Shown: positions 56,801 through 64,000 of the stretch, piece after piece
Layout: each line of letters starts with the position of its first letter
Numbering within the stretch: the first letter of the stretch is position 1
From: Lingula anatina
Taxonomy: Eukaryota > Animalia > Brachiopoda
Assembly (NCBI GenBank): GCA_051362555.1
Contig: CM120641.1
Coordinates: forward strand, 5,394,001 to 5,458,000
Length of the DNA: 64,000 nt
Direction of reading: 5' to 3'
Notes under the pieces: model-generated
The model's database searches: none
The model's input: the letters and a program-made list of their open reading frames with translations, nothing else
Told to the model about the DNA's origin: nothing
Translations under genes and position numbers: made by a program

Positions 56801-59800
56801 TAAAATCCCAAGAGAATTCTAGGTTGGGCATCTATATCCAAGTTTGAAAAAAATCTGATTTATTAGTTCCATGGAAAAAAAATATATCAACCCTAGACAT
56901 TGTTGACGGACTAAGTTACATCTTAGCACAATGCACATGAACATGCTGTGACAATGAGAAGCCGTAATCTTACAAGATTGTAACAAAAGCCATTTATCCC
57001 TTTCATAGGTGGCCGCTTGGTGCAACACCCCCACACCCGTAATTTCTAAAATTTTCTAATTTGTGAACTCCAGGATGTAGGGAAACCTGCTCATCTCAGG
57101 AAACGACTTATTTAGCAGGCAGCATTAAATGGAAGCTTCCGTTTGCAACGAGAACGCCTACTGCTAATTTCGAAATTGCTTTTTTTATATCATATCCCTT
57201 GTGTTTATCCCTGTTTATACCGCCATTTCTCCAAATTTGTGCAGGCTCTGCTCTGCTCTGAAAACAATCTCTAGCATGAGCCACATTTTATTATTTACGC
57301 CATTTTCACACATACGTTATTAAATGTAATGGAATGGAATGAGGGCGAATTACGTGGAATTTTTTAACACTGATGATGCTCGGTGGATAACTGATAAAAC
57401 GTAAATAAGGTTTGCCTTGTGAAAGGATGCTACATTAGCTATTCAGCTGCTAAAGCAGTGGGTACATTTACTTTAGATTATTTTACGACTAGCTCATGAA
57501 CTCCTTTTTCTGTAACTAGTATTCATCGACCGCGATGAAAAAGATGCAAACAACTTGATCAAATTGTGGATTTATACAGCTTGGATGTGGGTGGGTTGAA
57601 CACATGAAGCTAGTGTATTATTGTTGCAATTGCTGCAGGTATGGCACGCCCCCGTTTTCCTGCGTGCACCTTGAAAAATACCTACAGTACATTCAGACAG
57701 GGGAAATTAAGCCTGTTCAGTTTTATATGACGGCATAATGATCATTCGCCCATAAGTACAGCAGCGGGGCACCGGAGTACAAGTGGTGCCCTTATGCAAA
57801 GGTGGGGTGCTGCTCGGCAGGCGACAATATGATTACAAACACGTCAAATAAAATGAATCGGAAGTCATTTTACATCTGTCTATCATTGCTGTCTATGGGG
57901 GCGCTTCCTTCGTGGTCGTGGTTGGAAATTGGTGATAGTGCAGCTGTGTAAATTCACACTTATTCCCAACAGTAATATTGTGTAAGAAATGCAGGGATCG
58001 CCATGTCGTCATTGACCGTTTTGTTCATGTTCTCGATTCCGTTAGTGCGCATTTCCCTCCAATTAGTGAACTGCACAGACAAAAATACCGTGACTGTGAC
58101 ATTTTTTGTGGGGGCTGTTAATTATCTTTGAATCTTGGCCTATTGGAATCTAATAAATCCGATGATCATGGTATTGGGATTTTTATCGCACGGAGGATTT
58201 ACGTATTGCAGCTCTAGTGCACGATAATATAATTATATATATGTTACTTACATAGACATCCACGATGGCAACAAAACACTACCACAGCAAATACTGATCA
58301 GGCATTATAATCCTTACAGTAAGAAACCTACATAAATGCAGCACGATATAAGAAAATTAATCATTCTTACTAGAAAAACATGCAAATATCAAAAATGCTG
58401 CATTGCTTCGATAACAGCAAAACTTGGCATATATGAAAATAAAAACGCTTGGTGATCACAATTTGCTTTTCTTATTCATAATAAAAATTAGGACACACAA
58501 ATACATAAGCTATATAAATCCAATCACCGTTATGTCAAGGTCGTTTACAATCAATAACGAGTTGATCTCCAAGGGAGAACGACCGCTTCACCTACACTCC
58601 TTGTCTTTGCCAAGAGCTTCTTGGGAAATCACTCCCACTGGGGTAGAAATTATGGCTCATAAATTCGATGGTTTTCGATTTTCTTCGTATGACTGATTTT
58701 GAACGTGAATGAAATCGACACTTGACAGTGCGTCATTTAAGCTGGCATTCTAATCTCGAGTAATTGACATTCTCTTTCAAGGATCATATAAACAGAATGA
58801 ACTTAAAACGTTTTGCGAGATGGTGTAAGTTTTCAAAATTGTATAATAGGAGAAAGTCGTGTTAAACTTCTGTAATGTACACCTTTAAAAACACATTTCT
58901 AGATCATATATTGTATTTTATGTAAGTTTAACGAAAGCAACGGATCTATCAATGACTTGAATGAAAGAACACTTTTTGCTCCCTGCCGCCTCCTTTTTCC
59001 TCTTCATGATTTATGTTTCATGTAACAGAGAGTCAATTCTTTACGAAGGCATGATTAACAGAATGATTCACCACGCCTATCCATGATTAATCGAAGAGCT
59101 AATAATTTTCCTAAGACCAAGTAGTAATTAAACAAACCTAATACATCACTGGACTCTTCCCTAAATGACAGCGCATCTAATATGCCGTAACAGCGAGCAC
59201 TATACCCAATGCCCCTCGTCCATCAAATTTCGCAGAATCCGCATTCACACTCGCCTCCGGTAGAGAGGCAGATGCAAATGACATCAGTAAGCGCGTTTTC
59301 AAGAAGTTGTAGAGACAACTTCTTGGTATTTTCAACTAAGCGGATATCAACGTAACATATCTCCATGCGCAGCATTTTATCATTTGTATTCATCCAAAAG
59401 ATTGTTGCATTGTTAGTGGAAGCCCTATTTGCGTATTTTAGACCAAACCAGTTCGTTTGAATCACGTGTGAACGTGGTCGACACAGAGAGTCATATCAGT
59501 GCATCTCTGACACACATACTCGAAGATGAGTGCAAACATCTTTAGTACAGGGTGTTTAAATTATTCATTTTATAATTTATTGCATGTTTGCCTAAGCCGC
59601 TAAAATTTTCAACTGTACGTGACCGAAAAGTTGGTGTGTGCGCGCACGCTGTGTTGAATCAACTAACTACCCCATTTCAAACTTTTAAGAGAAAGTATGT
59701 CTAATACTTTCGTTATTTATTATTTTAGTCAAATTGTCAAGTAGATTTATTAAGATGTCATCAGAGTGTTATGGTGTGTAAGATTTGGATGGCTCCTTCT

Positions 59801-60740
59801 CAGGTACAAGTGTTACTTTTGTCATTTTTGTACGTGAGCGGATGGATCTATCAACTACACATTAGGCAGTTTTGAAAATTGAGCAAAAGAACCGAGTCAA
59901 AGTTTTGTTACAGTAGAACACAGTATGACAAATTGGCGCTGTTATCTTTTGAATAGCTATCAGATCCAGCTAACAATTTGAACTACACGCACTGTCCATT
60001 TGACAAGTGAAAACTTTGATATATTTGAGCAGAGCGCGTTCACATCATCTCTATTTTTCGACATTTCTAAAGCGAAGTACAGATGGGTTTAAATAGTGGA
60101 GCTTTTCAGATTATTGGCGCAGCATGATCAAGTGAACAACTTTTTTGCAGTCAACTCTCTTTACCAGTAACTCTCTTTGCAGTCAACATGTTAAACAGAT
60201 TCTAGATCGACTCAGCGTCGGTCTGAATGACTTTTGAGTGGAAACGTCCTTCTCCAATACATGTGTGTGTGATTCAAACCCGTGAAAGATACGCCTCTTT
60301 TAGGCATTGTGCGCGAGGCAGTGCCCGTGACCAACTCGCTTTCGTCACGTATTAGATATAAATATAGGTCTTTGTGCAGTCTAGTGGGATAAGCCACAGT
60401 TAAGATATCTTAATAGCGCCGTTTGCGCGTGTTGTTAAGCTGTAAAGGGTTCAAAACCTAGAACAGCCAAATGATATATTGCTAGAACAACATCAAATCG
60501 ATTAAAGTGACAGGCTACACTCGCCTCTATTGTTACTGTCATTTGTTCGGGAGAAGAAAGCATTGTTTATGGAAACATAGTACATGTGGGTGTCTTCAAA
60601 AATGTACCCAAGTGTGTTATTTTGCCGAATAAGACAAAATCAATAACCACAGTTTACAGAGATGAAATACAACACCAAAACATGTCAGTGTTAAAGAAAT
60701 CACCTTGATCTTCGAAACTTTTGATAAAACAACACGCACT

Positions 60741-60741
<1 letters not shown>

Positions 60742-60785
<44 letters not shown>
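60742..60785 (+). repeat. poly(A) tract (about 44 nt)
   Basis: Direct reading. Confidence 0.9.
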
Positions 60786-60787
<2 letters not shown>

Positions 60788-63700
60788 CATGTATCGCAAA
60801 CAAAATTCAAAGCGAGGTCTTTGGTGAGTGTCTGGGGTCTCTTTATCTCTTAACACGTAACCAGGTTATATCCTGTGTAAAATGAACCATCATTTCAGAC
60901 ATATTTTAAACAGACAATTAAAAAATTAACAAGGACATGTTTCACCTCAACAGCACAACATGAAATTTTCCTTCAAGTCCGTCTTGTAGTATCGTGTTCA
61001 GGAGTAATTTGCTCGACTGTGCAGCCTTGTTAATGTATTGTTCATTGTTGACGATGTTGTTGTTTTTGACAGAGAAGAGACAATTGGTGCGCGTGCATTA
61101 TTGGCATAAGTAGAGATGTCTTTGAAGGAATTTTTATTTGGATGTCTGGTCCTTCGATTTGATTTTTGTGGTATTCTCCTTTTACCGGAGTCGGTCGCAT
61201 TCATATTTTCATCTGTTTAGGTGATGCTTTAAACTGTTTTTTTCCGTATAAGCGAATACACATAAACTCTAATTCAAAAGCATGAGTCGACTATTCCAGC
61301 TCTTTTCTTACGAGTTGTCTGGTTACCGCCACGACATTTACTAACCACAAACTGCCCATGATTGCACAAATTTGTTTTATTACAAACTTAAAAATAGGTA
61401 GCAATATAAACATCATCTTAATGGTGACAAACGGGTATAAGATAAAGACAGTTATGCAGAAGAACGATGCCATAGGCTAAACAGAAGGAACTATTACGTA
61501 GAAGCTTTTTCCGACACTATGAAAAGCTTATATCCACGGAAAAGTGCCCGAGTAACCTTGGAAAGATTAGTGCCAGGAACTGTTGTCAGTCAATATTTAA
61601 AAAAAGAGAACCCATTGATTTTTTAAGTTTACAATGAATATAGAAAACTAGAATTTTTTTATTTCTTTTCACGTAATTATGTACTTTATACTTAAAAAAA
61701 CACGAACATAAAGAACATTGCTTACAATTCCAACGTACTTAATTGGTAGGAACAGTGCCAGCCTGAGGTTTGTTTTAAAAAACTTAACAAGGTTTACAGC
61801 ATATCTTACTGCCGCGTTTCCAGGTACATTGGGTTGCCTATCTCAGCGCTACCTATTCTAACGAGCCGTCTGAATAACTCGCCTTTAGACAACAAATCCA
61901 ATTTCTCTGTTGTCTGCCCACTACCACTACCACTACAGCCTGTTTACGTCGCATGTCGTTATATTGTCTTCCTTTGATGGACTTTCACGATCAGTTGTAA
62001 ACTGAAAATAGTTATAGCGAGTTACACACAACCAAACTGACTGGAAGCTCGTTTACACCAGGCTTAATTCAGATCGGTCCTAATTAATTTATGAACCACT
62101 TACATTCGTTCACAATCATAAGCGTCCGTAAAAAAGCATCCAGCCCTTATGGTTCGTGGTTTGTCCAAGCAGGCTGTTCTAACTGATTTTTTGCAACTTT
62201 CTAAACCAAGGCTCATATGATGAACCCTAGGGGATAGATTACGATCAACATAACCTACACAGCATAAACGTATTCAACTAACTAGAAACGATCTGTATTA
62301 TGTCTTGTGTGAATAGTCCCCAAAGTGTGCATTGATCAGACCAGCTCTTGACTTAATAATGCAATACATATACAGTATGTGAAATATTGTGGCAGCTGAT
62401 TATTGATATACGTAGGTTACTACAGAGGTGTGCATCCTCCTTACCATATTATTTGACATTAACATACATAAAGGAACCATCCCCCGCTTTTGCTACATAT
62501 TGTTGCTGCATTAACGGTTTTAATGTAGTATTTATATTCTATCACGCAGACTATCCATCCGCCTTTGGAATGTTGAACTATTGAGTTTTGATTAATTAAT
62601 TATAGCTTTGTAATCAAAGGCCGACAGTAAAAATCAATTGGTGGAGATAAATACAACCACACGTACCACAGATCCCCGACTCGTGCCCTATCACTACGGG
62701 AGAATGTCGCTACCAAACAGATGACTTACTGACAGCTTTTCAGTTCTTTCTTACTTTTGTTGTTCCTCCCAATTTTCGTCAACATAAACATTACTCTAAC
62801 GTATGCTAATACATGCAGTAGTCGTGTTTTAACAAATGCATTACTCAAAAATTAGCACCTTGCCCCAATGAAAATGTTTCCCCGTTATAAAGAATATAAA
62901 ATAGTCCTGTGCCTGGGACATCTATATATGATACAGATAAGCTTGGCGACCGCTTGAATATATGTATATAAATGTATAGTCAAACCAGGGTAATCATCAC
63001 TTATTGCACAGTCGTTACACAACAACGAGTGGAAAAGTCTAGCAATCCACATATATTATCTAGCTCTTAATATTTGAAATTCACACCTTTTATCTCAGTC
63101 AATTTCTATAATATATGTATGTATATGTATATAAATGTTTGTGCAGGAGTACACATATAAAGCTGAAACTCCGCCCTTATCGATCAACGAAGTAAAAAAG
63201 ATATACGTCTTTGTCCCCGAAAAACGCCGTAGAAACGATAATAACATGATCAACAGTTACTTTAAAGTGACATCTTATGTACACAAACATAAATTATCTA
63301 TATTAAATACTCACTATCATGAAAAAATATTGTACCTTTTCCTTATTAGTATACAGCTGAACACTGTAGTCATAATACATTAACAATGATATTAAAATTA
63401 TAATAATACTATTTTGTAAGTGACTATATTTGCATATATCTATAGCTCTTAAAACATTACATGATCATTCCTAAGTGCTGTGGCAAAGGTCCCTTTAAAA
63501 GCAGCAATAAATATATAAAACCAATTTCTTTAGAAAAATGAAGATTTTTTAACAAACGTAACGTCCAATAAATATCGCATAAGTGCACCTAATAAAAACG
63601 TTATCAATCACGACACAAGTGAAGGGTGGAGGTAAAGGGATTATCTTTTCCAATCTTGCCTTAATTGCCACTTTTACAACATTGTATGTACACCCTCAAC

Positions 63701-64000
63701 TAACTTGAACAAAAAAGAAGTGAACCCACACGACAACATATGTTCATAACGAAATCACGTAACACCTACCAGCATGTACTGAAGTCGCAAATTGCAACAT
63801 TTTGTATATTTTGGCTTCGTGTTATATGCCCCTCCTAGCCCCCTATCCGGTTTTGGCTTACAGGGTAATTTCTTTGCAGTTTTCGGTTATCTAGTAAAAC
63901 TGGAGGTAACAGCAAATAATGAAAATTTAGTAGCGGCACAAGTCAATTATGACAGGAAATGCTACCGTTCATAGTCTGTTGACGGATGTCGGTACTAATT

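Noticed and set aside
60742-60785. poly(A) as a possible retroposon tail
   Set aside because: No TSD or recognisable SINE/LINE/processed-gene body upstream.

Overview
AT-rich, intron-rich animal (invertebrate, probably lophotrochozoan/mollusc-like) genomic DNA, not prokaryotic. Hand-spliced gene order: 3' part of HGS/Hrs (+, to 6026); METTL26 (-, 7690-11851) with two tandemly duplicated, apparently mutually exclusive first coding exons; a tRNA-Gly(CCC) gene (-, 12509-12579); MCRIP/FAM195 (+, 12849-15784); DNA ligase 1 (+, 17006-48577, 23 coding exons). LIG1 intron 8 (15.7 kb) hosts an antisense collagen-C1q gene. LIG1 introns also carry a CACTA/EnSpm-like element containing a deleted Gypsy LTR element, a Helentron-type HINE and Harbinger-like MITEs. 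No convincing coding sequence was found in 48.6-64 kb. The most striking observation is the head-to-head METTL26 <- tRNA-Gly(CCC) <- / MCRIP -> cassette. From my recollection of human 16p13.3 it has the same order and orientation and the same tRNA sequence, suggesting a very old Pol III/Pol II regulatory unit. All comparisons to human sequences are from memory and need database confirmation.
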